In this document: positions 34,408-46,885 of the stretch, piece after piece | Layout of the letters: the number at the start of each line of letters is the position of its first letter | Position numbering within the stretch: the stretch's first letter is position 1 | From: the human T2T-CHM13v2.0 reference genome, Homo sapiens | DNA length: 64,000 nucleotides | Reading direction: 5' to 3' (one strand) | NCBI RefSeq assembly: GCF_009914755.1 | Contig: NC_060938.1 | The notes under the pieces: model-generated | What the model was told of the DNA's origin: nothing | Databases searched by the model: none | Seen by the model: only the letters and a program-made list of their open reading frames with translations | Program-made: the position numbers and the translations under genes

Positions 34408-36450
34408 CCTTTTCCATTCCTATTAAGCATAGTATTGAAAGTTCTAGCCAAGGCAATCAGGCAAGAGAAAGCAATAAAGGGTATTCAAACAGGAAGAGAG
34501 GAAGTCAAATTGTCTCTGTTTGCAGATGACAAGATTTTATATTTAGAAAACCCCATCGTCTCAGCCCAAAATCTTAAGCTGATAAGCAACTTCAGCAAAA
34601 TCTCAGGATTCAAAATCAATATGCAAAAATAACAAGCATTCCTATACAACAATAACAGACAAACAGGGAGCCAAATCATGAGTGAACTCCCATTCACAAT
34701 TGCTACAAAGAGAATAAAATACCTAGGAAAACAACTTACAAGGGATGTGAAGGATCTCCTCAAGGAGAACTACAAACCACTGTTCAAGGAAATAGGAGAG
34801 GACACAAACAAATGGCAAATTATTCCATGCTCATGGATAGGAAGAATCAATATGAAAATGTCCATACTGCTGAAGTAATTTATAAATTCAATGCTATCCC
34901 CATCAAGCTACCATTGACTTTCTTCACAGAATTAGAAAAACCTACTTTAAATTTCATATGAAACCAAAAAAGAGGTTGTATAGCCAAGACAATCCTAAGC
35001 AAAAAGAACAAAGCTGGAGGTATCATGTGACCTGACTTTAAAATATACTGCAAGGCTACAGTAACCAAAACAGCATGGTACTGGTACCAAAACAGTTATG
35101 TAGACCAACAGAACAGAACAGAGGCCTAAGAAATAATGCCACACATCTACAGCCATCTGATCTTTGACAAACCTGACAAAAACAAGCAATGGGGAAAGGA
35201 TTCCCTATTTAATAAATGGTGCTGGGAAAACTGGGTAGTGGAAAACTGAAACTGGATCCCTTCCTTATATCTTATATAAAAATTAACTCAAGATGGATTA
35301 AAGACTTAAACATAAGACCTAAAACTATAAAAACCTTAGCAGAACACCTAGGCAACACCATTCAGGACATAGGCATGGACAAAAACTTCATGAATACAAC
35401 AACAAATGCATTGGCAACAAAAGCCAAAATTGATGAATGGGATCTAATTAAACTAAAGAGCTTCTGCACAGCAAAATAAACTATCATCAGAGTGAACAGG
35501 CAACCTACAGAATGGGAGAAAATTTTGCAATCTATCCATCTGACAAAGGGCTAATATCCAGAATCTACAAAGGACTTAAACAAATTTGCAAGAAAAAATA
35601 CAAACAACCCCATCGAAAAGTGGTCAAAGGATATGAACAGACACTTCTCAAAAGAAGACATTTATGCGGCCAAAAAACATGTGAAAAAAAAAGCTCATCA
35701 TCATTCGTCATTAGGGAAATGCAAATCAAAACCACAATGAGATACCATCTCACTCTGGTTAGAATGGTGAACATTAAAAAGTCAGAAAACAACAGATGCT
35801 GGAGAGGATGTGGAGAAATAGGAACACTTTTACACTGTTGGTGAAAGTGTAAATTAGTTCAACCATTGTGGAAGACAGTGTGGTGATTCTTCAAGGATCT
35901 AGAACTAGAAATACCGTTTGACCCAGCAATCCCATTACTAAATAGAAAAAGGATTATGAATCATTCTAGTATAAAAACACATGCACACATAGGTTTATTG
36001 CAGCACTGTTCACAATAGCAAAGACTTGGAACCAACACAAATGCCCATCAATCATAGACTGGATAAAGAAAATGTGGCACATATACACTATGGAACACTA
36101 TGCAGCCATAAAAAAGGATGAGTTCATGTCCTTTGCAGGGACATGGATAAAGCTGGAAATGATCATTCTCAGCAAACTAACACAGGAACAGAAAACCAAA
36201 CACCGCATGTTCTCACTCATAATTGGGAGCTGAACAATGAGAACACATGGACACAGGGAAGGGAACATCACACACTGGGGCCTGCCAGGGGGTGGGGGGC
36301 TTGGGGAGGGATAGCACTGGGAGAAATACCTAAAATAGATGATGGGTTGAAGGGTGCAGCAAACCACCATGGCATGTGTATACCTATGTAACAAACCTAC
36401 ACGTTCTGCACATGTTTCCCAGAACTTAAAGTATAATAATTTTTAAAAAA
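34408..36450 (+). mobile_element. 5'-truncated L1PA7-like LINE-1 (~2 kb)
   Basis: Degenerate ORF2 C-terminus ([18 protein letters not shown]; [14 protein letters not shown]; [16 protein letters not shown]) plus 3'UTR and A-rich tail. Confidence 0.95.
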
Positions 36451-37479
36451 GAATAAAAATTTTCACTTTTGAAGAAGTTCAAGTTAATATTTTATTTTAC
36501 AAATTAAATGTTTAGTGTCATATACAGCACTTATTTGTTTCAACTAAGGTCACAAAGATTTATCTTATGTTTATATCTAGGATTTCAATACATGCAGGTT
36601 GGCTTATTATTAATGTTTATATATTTTGCAAGCTATGAATCAAATTTGTTTTCTATTGCTTATAAATACCCAACTGTTTTACATTTCTTGCTTTGAAAAG
36701 TCTTCCATTTCTTCAAAGCTGATACTTTCCCTGATGAATTGACTTGCTATTTAAAAAAAAAAGATATTAACTATATGTGTAAATCTGTTTTTGTATTTTC
36801 TATTTTGTTCTGTTGATCTATTTAGTCTTTCTTGAGGACAATATCACACAGTCTTGACTATTTCAAAATCATGAACATGGTATATCTCCCCAAATTTTAT
36901 CTTTTATTTGAGATATCTGGAAAGCATATAGATCTAGAAGTTGACATTTGTTCTACCTATATTAGTTAGTCTTCAAGTAGAAATGATGATGGAAAAGATT
37001 GCAGTGATCAAAATTACCTAGGGAGGATGTATAGCATGAAAGAGTAACAAGCAGTTCATGCAGATCTCTGATTTAGCTTACACACCTAGAGGAAGATTAA
37101 ATGAAGATCAATTTGCAAGTGAATTTAAAATTTTGTGACAAAATTTTAGGAGCAAAATTAGGACACCGTGTTGTTACAGAATCTAAAGAACTATTTTGAG
37201 CTGCTTTTGAAAAATAAACATAAAAGTTACCAATCTGTATGACTGACTTTTGCAACACTTTCTCATTGAAAACACATATTCTACAAAAAAACATTATTTT
37301 TGTAACCTTATCATTTGGGACTCACTTTATCTAGCAGATCTAAGTACTTATACGTTTTTACGTATGTTCCCATCTATAAATTATCTGTTATATTTTCAAT
37401 GACATTTTCTTCTTCTAATAAAAGCATGCTCAATTTTAACTATTTGTCTTAACTTATTTTGGAGATTCAAGGTACATTT

Positions 37480-38116
37480 GGTTGTTGTTTTTATTATTTT
37501 ATTTTATTTTACTTTAATTTCTGGGATACATATGCAGAATTTGCAGGTTTGTTACATAGGTATACATGTGCCATGGTGGTTTGCTGCCCCTATCAAACCG
37601 TCATCTAGGTTTTAATCTGCATGCATTAGGTATCAGTCCTAATGCTCTCCTTTCCCTTTCCCCCCACGCCCCAACAGGCCCCACTGTGTGTTGTTCCCCT
37701 CCCTGTGTCAATGTGTTCTCGTTGATCAACTCTCACTTATGAGTGAGAACATGCAGTGTTTGGTTTTCTGTTCCTGTGTTAGTTTGATGAGGATGGTGGT
37801 TTCCATGTTCCTACAAAGGATATGATCTAGTTCTTTAGATGGCTGCATAGTATTCCATGGTGTATATGTACCACATTTTCTTTATCTAGTCTATCACTGA
37901 TGGGCATTTCAGTTGGTTCCATGTCTTTGCTATAATAAATAGTGCTGCAATAAACATATGTGTGCATGTGTCTTCATAATAGAATGATTTATATTCCTTT
38001 GGGTATATACCAAGTAATGTGACTACTGGGTCATGGGATTTCTGATTCTAGATCCATGAGGAGTCTCCACACTGTCTTCCACAATGGTCGAACTAATTTT
38101 CATTCCCACCAACAGT
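37480..38116 (-). mobile_element. L1PA8-like 3' end (~620 bp)
   Basis: Antisense L1PA 3'UTR; TSD gattcaaggta at 37464-37474 and 38117-38127. Confidence 0.95.
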
Positions 38117-38939
38117 GATTCAAGGTATTTTTGATGGGTTGTTTGTTTGTCTATTTTGCATTTCATTTGTTTCTGTAAAAGGAGAAAATTTTGGGCTTAG
38201 GGAATACCATAATGCTTTAAACTTTGAGCTATTTCTTCTTTTTTTTTTTTCTCAAATAATGTCATTTTGTCATAGATCTCTGAAAATGACCTTGAAAACT
38301 TCCCATGAAAATCAACAGAACTTACAATGTTCAGAGCCTAAGAAATAAATGTCACCTTACAAGATTCATCAAAATGAGCTTAGATGAAATTTTAATTGCC
38401 ATACTCAAGCCACTTAAATAGTTAACCAAGACATTCTCCCTTGTTTCTACAGTGATACATAGTATTGAAAATTGCTTTGACTGCACACTCAAATTATTAC
38501 AATTCAACTTTCTTCAACATCATAAATTGAAAGGATATCATGTGGATCTTTGTTGTTCCCAATTAGGATTGAAAATAACTTCTGGCCAAATTAGTAGTGT
38601 AGAGACTTATGGAATGAAGTCAATTTAAAACAGAATTTTTTTGAGTTAATGGTAAGAAAGAGTTTGTTGCAATAAAATTCTTTGAAATTTTAGATATGAA
38701 ATTGGTACAAAAACTTAATACAAATTCATCTACCTGATTTTTTTGTGGCAATGTCATAAATAAAAGAAATATGGTCTCATCTTTCCTAAATATTTTGCTC
38801 ATGCTCTTTGACAATACCGTAAAATGTACTTAAACTACATAAGAATCTTCTAGTAAAATAAAATGCAACATTTCACTCAGAAGTAAAACATTTTTAAAAT
38901 AGTGTCCAACAATTGCTTCAAGAGGGTGACAACTTATGA

Positions 38940-39304
<365 letters not shown>

Positions 39305-39314
39305 TCCCCTAATT

Positions 39315-39410
39315 CACTTCTTTGAACCTCTCTACATCATCACAAGATGGGTGTTACTATGATCACTATTTTATAGGTGAGCATATGAGGAACAGAGAGG
39401 TTAAGGAGGA
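39315..39410 (-). mobile_element. MIR fragment
   Basis: attttataggtgagcatatgaggaacagagaggttaagg resembles the MIR core. Confidence 0.6.
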
Positions 39411-40748
39411 ACAGGGTGATCTGCTACAACTCTTCAGCAGGGCATTCTGGGCAGGACTGTCTAACTTGTGAGAGGCAAGGGGACTATTTATAGCCTATGT
39501 ATTCCCGTTAAAGTAACAAACATATATCAAGAATAAATATTACAGTATATTTCTAGCAACCATCTAGAAATAGGAAATAGTATCAGTACCATATTGTCAG
39601 ATGACAGTAGGATTAAATAAAACCGGAGTGACTAAGTAACTGACCCTTTATTCACTGCATTTAAAAGAAAAGTATGTCTTGGAGTTGAATTAAGTAACCT
39701 GGGATAGATCTCTAAAAATCTGTAAGTGAAGCAGGGGTCACATATTAACATGTTATACTGGAAAAAGTGTCTAAGAAAGGAATTTGGCACTGGAATCTAC
39801 ATAGGGAACAATTAAATTATCTATAAATATTTTTTACTTTATCCTGAAAAAGGTATAGTACCAAAAACTCCAGAAACAATTCTAGGCCCTCCATAATACA
39901 TGTGGGCTCTAAGATAAGAGTGGAAATAGAGGCCCACATAACATGTGTATAAATATCTTAACATTATAAAGCAAACTACTCCAATAATCTGGCCTGCATT
40001 TCTGCCTAGGTTCTCAATGGCCCACTTCCTGACCACCACCCTCTGGAGTCCAAAGGAGATTTGCTTATTCCCAGTATTATTCCTGCAGGTCAGCCAAAGA
40101 GGAGCAAAGAGTCATCTACCTCAATCATGTTCAGGAAATGATCAGGTCAAGATGTGGAGTGAGCAAGCTTTTCTCTTTTGTGCCACATTTTCTGACCCAG
40201 TATTTCAAGGTACTTCTAATACACAAAGACTATTACAAGAGGGAGGAAGGAAGGAAGGTCAGTTATCTGAAGAACTGAGGCTAGCTAGAAGCCCAAATTT
40301 GGTGTGATGGGGGCCATCAAATCTCAACAGAAACAGCTTTCTCTCTCTGTTATCCTGGACAGGGCTTGTGATTTTTTTTTTTTTTCCTCCACTCAGCCAT
40401 AGACTCTCAGCTACATATCCTCTAGCCTGGAGTAGTCAAATCAGCTCATCTCTTTCTCTCTCATACCAAACTTTCAAAAACAAAACAAAACAAACCGAAA
40501 AACACTTTTGTTTTTGGAATAAATGAGAAAAATGTATTTGTGTTTAAATATCTGTGATACATGGACCATCAAAAGCCTCGCTGCTAATGAAGGCAATTAT
40601 TTAGGTTTACTTAATCTATTAACTTATCAGTTAATAACTGCTATTTATTCTGCTAGAAATTCCCAATGGTATAATTGTTTCTGGCTGTAGCTCCTTCCAT
40701 GCTTTGTACATCTTACTTGTGGTAGGCAGAATCACAGCTCTCCACAAA

Positions 40749-41101
40749 TGATGTGATTTGGCTGTATCCCCACCCAAATCTCACCTTGAATTGTAATAAT
40801 TCCATGTGAAGAATGGGGTCAGGTAGAGAGAATTTAATCATGGGGACGGTTTATCCCATGCTGTTCTTGTGGTAGTAAATAAGTTTCACGAGATCTGCTG
40901 GTTTCATAAACGGGAGTTCCCCTGCACAAGCTCTCTTGCCTGCCACCACGTGGGATGCGACATTGCTTCTCATTCGCTTTCCACCATGATTTTGAGGGCT
41001 CCCCAGCCATGTGGAACTACAAGTCAGTTAAACGTCTTCCTTTTATAAATTACCCAGTCTCAGCTATGTCTTTATTAGCAGTGTGAGGACAAACTAATAC
41101 A
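40749..41101 (+). mobile_element. THE1 (C/D-like) solo LTR
   Basis: tgatgtgatttggctgtatccccacccaaatctc…cccagccatgtggaact…aaactaataca. Confidence 0.93.
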
Positions 41102-41334
41102 ACGGGTGTCCACATTCTAGTCCCCAGAATTTGTGAATATGTTAGTTGCATGGCAAAGGAAAATTGAAATTGTAGACTAAACTAAGGTTGTTCATCAGTT
41201 GATATTAAGATAGGAAAGTTATTCTGGATTATCCTGATGGGACCAAAATAATCAGAAGGACATTTACAAGTGGAAGGAGGCAGAAGAAGTTAGAGTGATG
41301 AGATGGGAACTCACAAACTGCCATTGCTGGCCCT

Positions 41335-41565
41335 TTAAAACAATTTAAATCTTGTTTTATGACACATAATTATTGTACATATTTATGGGATACAGTGTGA
41401 TGTTTCAACACGTGTATGTATAGTTTAAATATTGAATCAGGATATTCAACATATTCTTCACTTCATACATCTTTGATATCTTTATGGTGAGAGAATTCAA
41501 AAATCCTCTCTTCTAGCTATTTTGAAATATACAATACAATATTGCTAACCATAGTCACCCTGACT
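41335..41565 (-). mobile_element. L1MA 3' end fragment
   Basis: gacacataattattgtacatatttatgggatacagtgtgatgtttca…catagtcaccct. Confidence 0.85.
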
Positions 41566-44230
41566 CCATTCCTCATTTTAAAAATGGAGGAAGGGACAGT
41601 GATTAAAGGAATGCAAGCAGCCTCTGGGCTGTGGAAAACCAAAGGAAACGAACTCTTCCCACAGACCACCCCCAAGAAAAAACCAACCCTGGCAGTATCT
41701 TCGTTTTAACATGGTGTGATCAAGTCAGATTTCTGTCTTACAGAACTGTAACATAATAAATCTGTATTGTTTAAGCTACTAAGTTTGAAGTAATTTTACT
41801 AAAACTTGAAAGGAATTTACATTTTGCTTTTAAAGTTCTTTATTTTTGAAACTTTAGACAGAGATCAACAAATCCTCAACAAGAGATAGCTCAATTTTTA
41901 CCTTTGAAAAAGGAATTATGTTACATATCTATAAGAATGAATAACTACAGCACAGAAAAATACTCATAAGTAATATATTATTTGAAATCAGGAGTCTAAT
42001 AAGAGAAAATGCAAATGGACCCTTTTCTATGAGATTTAGATAAATTACATGAAAAATATGTGTGATAAGAGTTATGTGTTCTGAGTTAATACATATACTT
42101 AAAAAATCTGAAAAAATTGCAACAGGAACAATAAATATGCAAATTGAAATCACAAAAAAATCAATGAATTTGAAGACCATTTGGAGAAATGCTTATATTA
42201 TCTTAAGATTAATTTATTCTAATCATGCACCAGTGATAGTATTATAAGAAGAAATAAATTCATTATCATTTTTTACTGTATTTATTTTTTAAGACAGATT
42301 GGTACTAATTCAGTAATGGAAAACTAATTGTAAAATTTGTACTGTGGTAAATTTGGAAAACAAGGCATGGCACAGAAAGAGCATATAATAAAATAATTTG
42401 GCATAAAGGCCATTTGAAATGGATTAATTATAGTGATGAAACATGTCATCATTTCCTGGACAAGTAGGGAAGATAGGCAATGAGAAGGCTATGGAGGAGA
42501 GAGAAGAGAGTAGAGTCCATAGAGTGACAGTCTTCAACAGGTTAAAAACCTGTACGAGTTCAGGTCTCGAACAAGTGATATTGGATGAAATGGGAGGTAG
42601 AGAGGACCAAAGAGTAGGATATTTTTTTTTTAAATATTGAGAAACATTTGCTGTCTAAAATAGAGAAGAAATGTTATTAACATGCATGGTGGTCAAGAAA
42701 CTGACAGGTAAGATTTGAAAGAGTTACCAGTTTGAGGTAAGCACAATAGAGAATAATGACAGAGTTTATAATGGAGAGAATGTCTTTGAAAGCCAAAAGC
42801 AAAAGTTGTCTTAATAGAGAAAGAAACCAAAGGTTTGAAAAAGCATTTGAATGGAAAGTTTGGTGTAGACGTACGTTATGAACCATAAACTGTCAAAGTT
42901 TATTGGTGATGCTTGCTGGTTTATTTACTTGTTGGTTTTCAGAAGGAAAGAACTATAATAGACTGATAACTACAAATTAACTGAAATTGTATATACCCCG
43001 CCTCCTCATGATTAGGCAGGTGAAGATGGGGTGAGCAAAATAGTAGCAACCCATTGAAAGGGCTGTTGAAGGGGTTATATTTTCCAGACATATCAGGAGT
43101 TCAAGTTGTTACTAAAAATGCAAAAAGAGTTTGCTAATCAGAACATAAGCATTCAATATCTATCACTATCAAGATGTGAGATAAGGGATAGGTAATTGAT
43201 TCTGTTGGAAAAGCAGAGTCATATAATGATGAAAGTCTGATAATACCTCTGTGACTTGAAAGGGACAGAAGTAAACAGGAACATGAAGCAAAGAGTTTTA
43301 GTTCTGATAGTCTCTTTGAGGAGGAGGAATAATGGCACTATTGTCATTTTTTGAATATTTCCCCTAGTATTTTTAGTGATTTCACAAATCGTTCGAATGC
43401 CTTAAAGGACTACCACTCTGTAATATCACTCAAAGCAATGTTCTTGTGAGGATTAGGCTTAATGAAAAGTCCTGTAATGCTTGGACACATGGAAAGCTGA
43501 CCAGTATTAGATAAAACAAAATTGTTATAGTTGGGAATTGTTACTATCGGTATTTTCATCATCATTTTGCAACATTTATATTTTTTTCTTAATGAAATAT
43601 GTTGATTTTTCAGTTTTTAAAGTAAAATTGTATTACATTTAAAAAATTAATAGAGAACTATTCTGTTGAAGACAATGAATGCATATTATGCTTAACATGT
43701 TAATATGTGTTTCACATTATTTATAGATTTTGTCTACTGCATTGAAATTTTCTAGAATGCTGCATATGTAGAACTTAATGTAATCACTTCCTAACTATAA
43801 TCTCTGGAGCCAACCCAGTTACAATAAAATTAACTCTAATTTTGTGTCTTTTATTTGTTTCTACTTCTAGGTTAAATGTGGTTTGAGAAAAGTGTTTTAG
43901 AAAACTTTGAAAAATCACTGGCTTGTTAGAATGCATGTTCTATTAAAAGATATGAGTCCTATCTCCAGGTTACTTAAAATATTAGTTTTACTCCAAATTG
44001 TATTCTAGTTTCCCTATCTTTAAAATATGTTCATGAAACATTTCTCTTCTCTTATGAAGTTAAATGTTCTTTTAAGTTTGAAATTTATTAGAGAACTCTG
44101 ATATATGATTTTTAAAAAATAACACTCTGAATTACTTTCTAAAATGGAAAACAACCCTACAACAAAAAGATATTACCAATATTCAGTTTTACCTCTGGCT
44201 TCAACTTATTTTTCTCTCAAGATCTTATTA

Positions 44231-44862
44231 TTCTCTTCTCCAGCTACCCAAGGTGCGAAAAGGAAAGAAGGCCGAAGGGAAGAAGGTGGTGCCCACCCTT
44301 GCTGTCTTGAAAAAGCAGGAGACCATGAAAGTGGTGAATCTTCCATTTGAGAAATTTGGCACTGGACAGGACATTTTGGCATTGGACAGAACATCCAGCC
44401 CAAAAGGGACCTCACTTACTTTGTCAAATGGCCCCATTATACTAGGTTGCAGCAGCAGAGAGCCATCCTCTATAAACAGCTAGAAGTGCCTTCTGTGATT
44501 AATCAGTTCACCAGGGCCTTGGACCACCAAACAGCTGCTCAATGGGGTAAGCGGGCTGGCAAGTACAGACCAGAGACAAAGCAAGAGAAACAGCAGAGAC
44601 TGTTGGCCTGGGCTGAGAAGAAAGCAAAGGAGACATCCCCACTAAGAGATCACCTGTCCTTTTAATGGGGGTTAACGCTGTCACCACCTTAGTGGAGAAA
44701 AAGAAGGCTCAGCTGGTGGTGACTGCACAGGACAGAGATCCCATTGAGTTGGTTGTCTTCCTGCCTGCCCTGTGTTGTAAACTGGGGGCTCCTTACTGCA
44801 TTATCTAATGGAAGGCAAGCTTGAGACATCTAGGATTAAATAACAAACAAACAAACAACAAC
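44231..44862 (+). pseudogene. RPL7A: Processed pseudogene of 60S ribosomal protein L7a (eL8), frameshifted and 3'-deleted
   Basis: Intronless. Translates to [14 protein letters not shown]…[61 protein letters not shown] and [36 protein letters not shown]. Pyrimidine 5' leader, ATG>GTG, stops and frameshifts, (CAAA)n tail. Confidence 0.96.
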
Positions 44863-44957
44863 TCTTAAAAATACTCTTTTAAAACTTCTAATTATTAGTT
44901 TTTTTTATCTCTTCAGTACATTAAAATGTCTGGTGGTAGGAAAATACTGGACTCATA

Positions 44958-45134
44958 TATGACTGTCTCCGTGATTTGCAGGGCCCAGTGCAAAATGACG
45001 TGGATGTTGTACCTCGTTCAAAGTGTTAAGCGTTTCAAGATGGCAACAGCAGAGCATTAGGCCAAGTATGAGGTCATTATGTACATGGGTCCTTGTGTGA
45101 CCACACAGGTCACAGGAACATGAAGCTAGACCTG
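44958..45134 (-). mobile_element. MER91A hAT-Tip100 MITE
   Basis: tttgcagggcccagtgcaaaatga…tttcaagatggcaacagcagagcatta…cacaggtcaca…catgaagctagacctg. Confidence 0.85.
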
Positions 45135-46449
45135 AGTGTATATTCAGATAGGTAAATCTTACAGATTTTTAAAACTCAATAAAAGAAAAACTACATTTCA
45201 TGTGTGAACACAAAAATTGGAATTAAATTGGCAATAGCATTGGGATTTGTGCTCAGAGTCACAGTTTACATCTGACCACAATTTCTATATGAATTTTTTA
45301 AGATAAAACAGTAAGAATTTTAGAGAAGGTTTCTGAAATTTAAAAATTATAATAACATAATTAACTTTGATATTTTAATTCCATGTAATTTAAAACATTT
45401 AATAGATATATAATGTTCCACTATTAATTTAACTAGAAGTATAAAAATAAAACATATATAATAAAAATATTCTACTGATTTTTAAATTATCTATATTATA
45501 CTGAGTAAAAGAAAATTTAGGAATATAAATAAATGAGCATTTTTGAACATGTAAAAATATTTTCTTGCTGTTTTTAGGAGACTTTTAGCAGGACAGGAGC
45601 TTACCTCTCATCTACCTCTGCTTGGACAAACCAGTGATGTGATTTGCAAATAGGCTGTAACTTCACCGAAAACACATCACAGTAAAGAAAGGTAGTGACT
45701 TTCAGAGAATTTGACCTAACTTAGAATTTGTAAAAGAGAAAAGCATTGTCCTTATGCCTAAAGTACATGACTGTTTCTTTTTAAGTTACATGTATATTTA
45801 CCTGACCAATTTGTTTTACTCTGTATTTTAAGTTATCAGGTGAAATGGTTTTGGAATAAATTAATGAGTTGTTTGTTCTGAATAAATGTGCATGTTACAA
45901 ATGCAAACACGTGTATGTATTATACAACTATGCAGCTTCAAGAGCTGACTTATTTCTATCAGCTTTTTATTCACTTAAAAAAATCAGGCTACTGAAGCAT
46001 ATTAGAATTTAATTACACCAATTAGTACTGCCACATCAGACATATGATGTGCCTTCAATTAAGAAGTACCTAATGGGTATTAGTACAATTTAGCTTCATA
46101 ATTAAAGTTCTAAGAACAGCACAAATTAAACATTATGATTACAAAACATTAAAAATCTACTGGTGAAATTAAAGCTGAATATTTAACTTCTCCTTTTGAG
46201 CTGATTTTAAAAAAGAAAATCAGGATTATATAAAATGCAATGTTATTATTGAAGCATTCTGAATTTAAAAACAGAAATTAAGCTCACATGCCCATAAATA
46301 TGTGCATATATAATGATTAAATATTTAGTAAAATACCCAACCTAACACTTGTGTCATCTAATAAGCATTAAAGGTTATCATTTTGGAGTTTCACTTCATT
46401 GGGCTTTGTTTTGTTTTGTTTTTTTTCATAGAAATATTTGATATATGTG

Positions 46450-46885
46450 GTCACCACTCACAACTCTTGCTTCAGTGACCATGGATGACAGGCAGCCCCA
46501 GCTACTGTTTTTCTGGTTGTATGACTATCTTTGCACTCAGGCCATATTTTCTCTGGTTGTTCCTGGCCAATGACTGAGCATGCTCGGAGTATTGATGAAG
46601 GCCATTTTTAAGATTTGTGATAACCTTCCAACAGAAGACTTTGGACTGGAGACTTCTATTGTCTGGGCCAAAATTTCCTAAACTGTGTTTCAGGCTGTGA
46701 CTCTTTCATTCTCATCCTTCTTCCTTCTCCCCCTCCTTTGACAGAAGCCAGGCTTGCATCACTGAAGACTCCCTGCACTTAGATCTGCTTTTTCTTCTTA
46801 ATCTTTAACTAACGTTCCTCTCATAACCTTTTGAGTGACTTATAATTGCATAGTATCAGCTTCTTGGAAAACCTGACTTGATAAA
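46450..46885 (+). mobile_element. LTR16A-type ERVL LTR
   Basis: gacaggcagccccagct…ttcctggccaatgactgagca…agcttcttggaaaacctgact. Confidence 0.7.

Larger units (their letters stand above)
40718..41800 (+). mobile_element. MLT1D/E-type MaLR LTR interrupted by THE1 and L1MA
   Basis: tgtggtaggcagaat…gtccacattctagtccccagaa…ttctggattatcc…cagaactgtaacataataaatctgtattgtttaagc. Confidence 0.85.

Noticed and set aside
34435-35844. L1 ORF2 peptide fragments as a functional CDS
   Set aside because: 5'-truncated, with multiple stops and frameshifts
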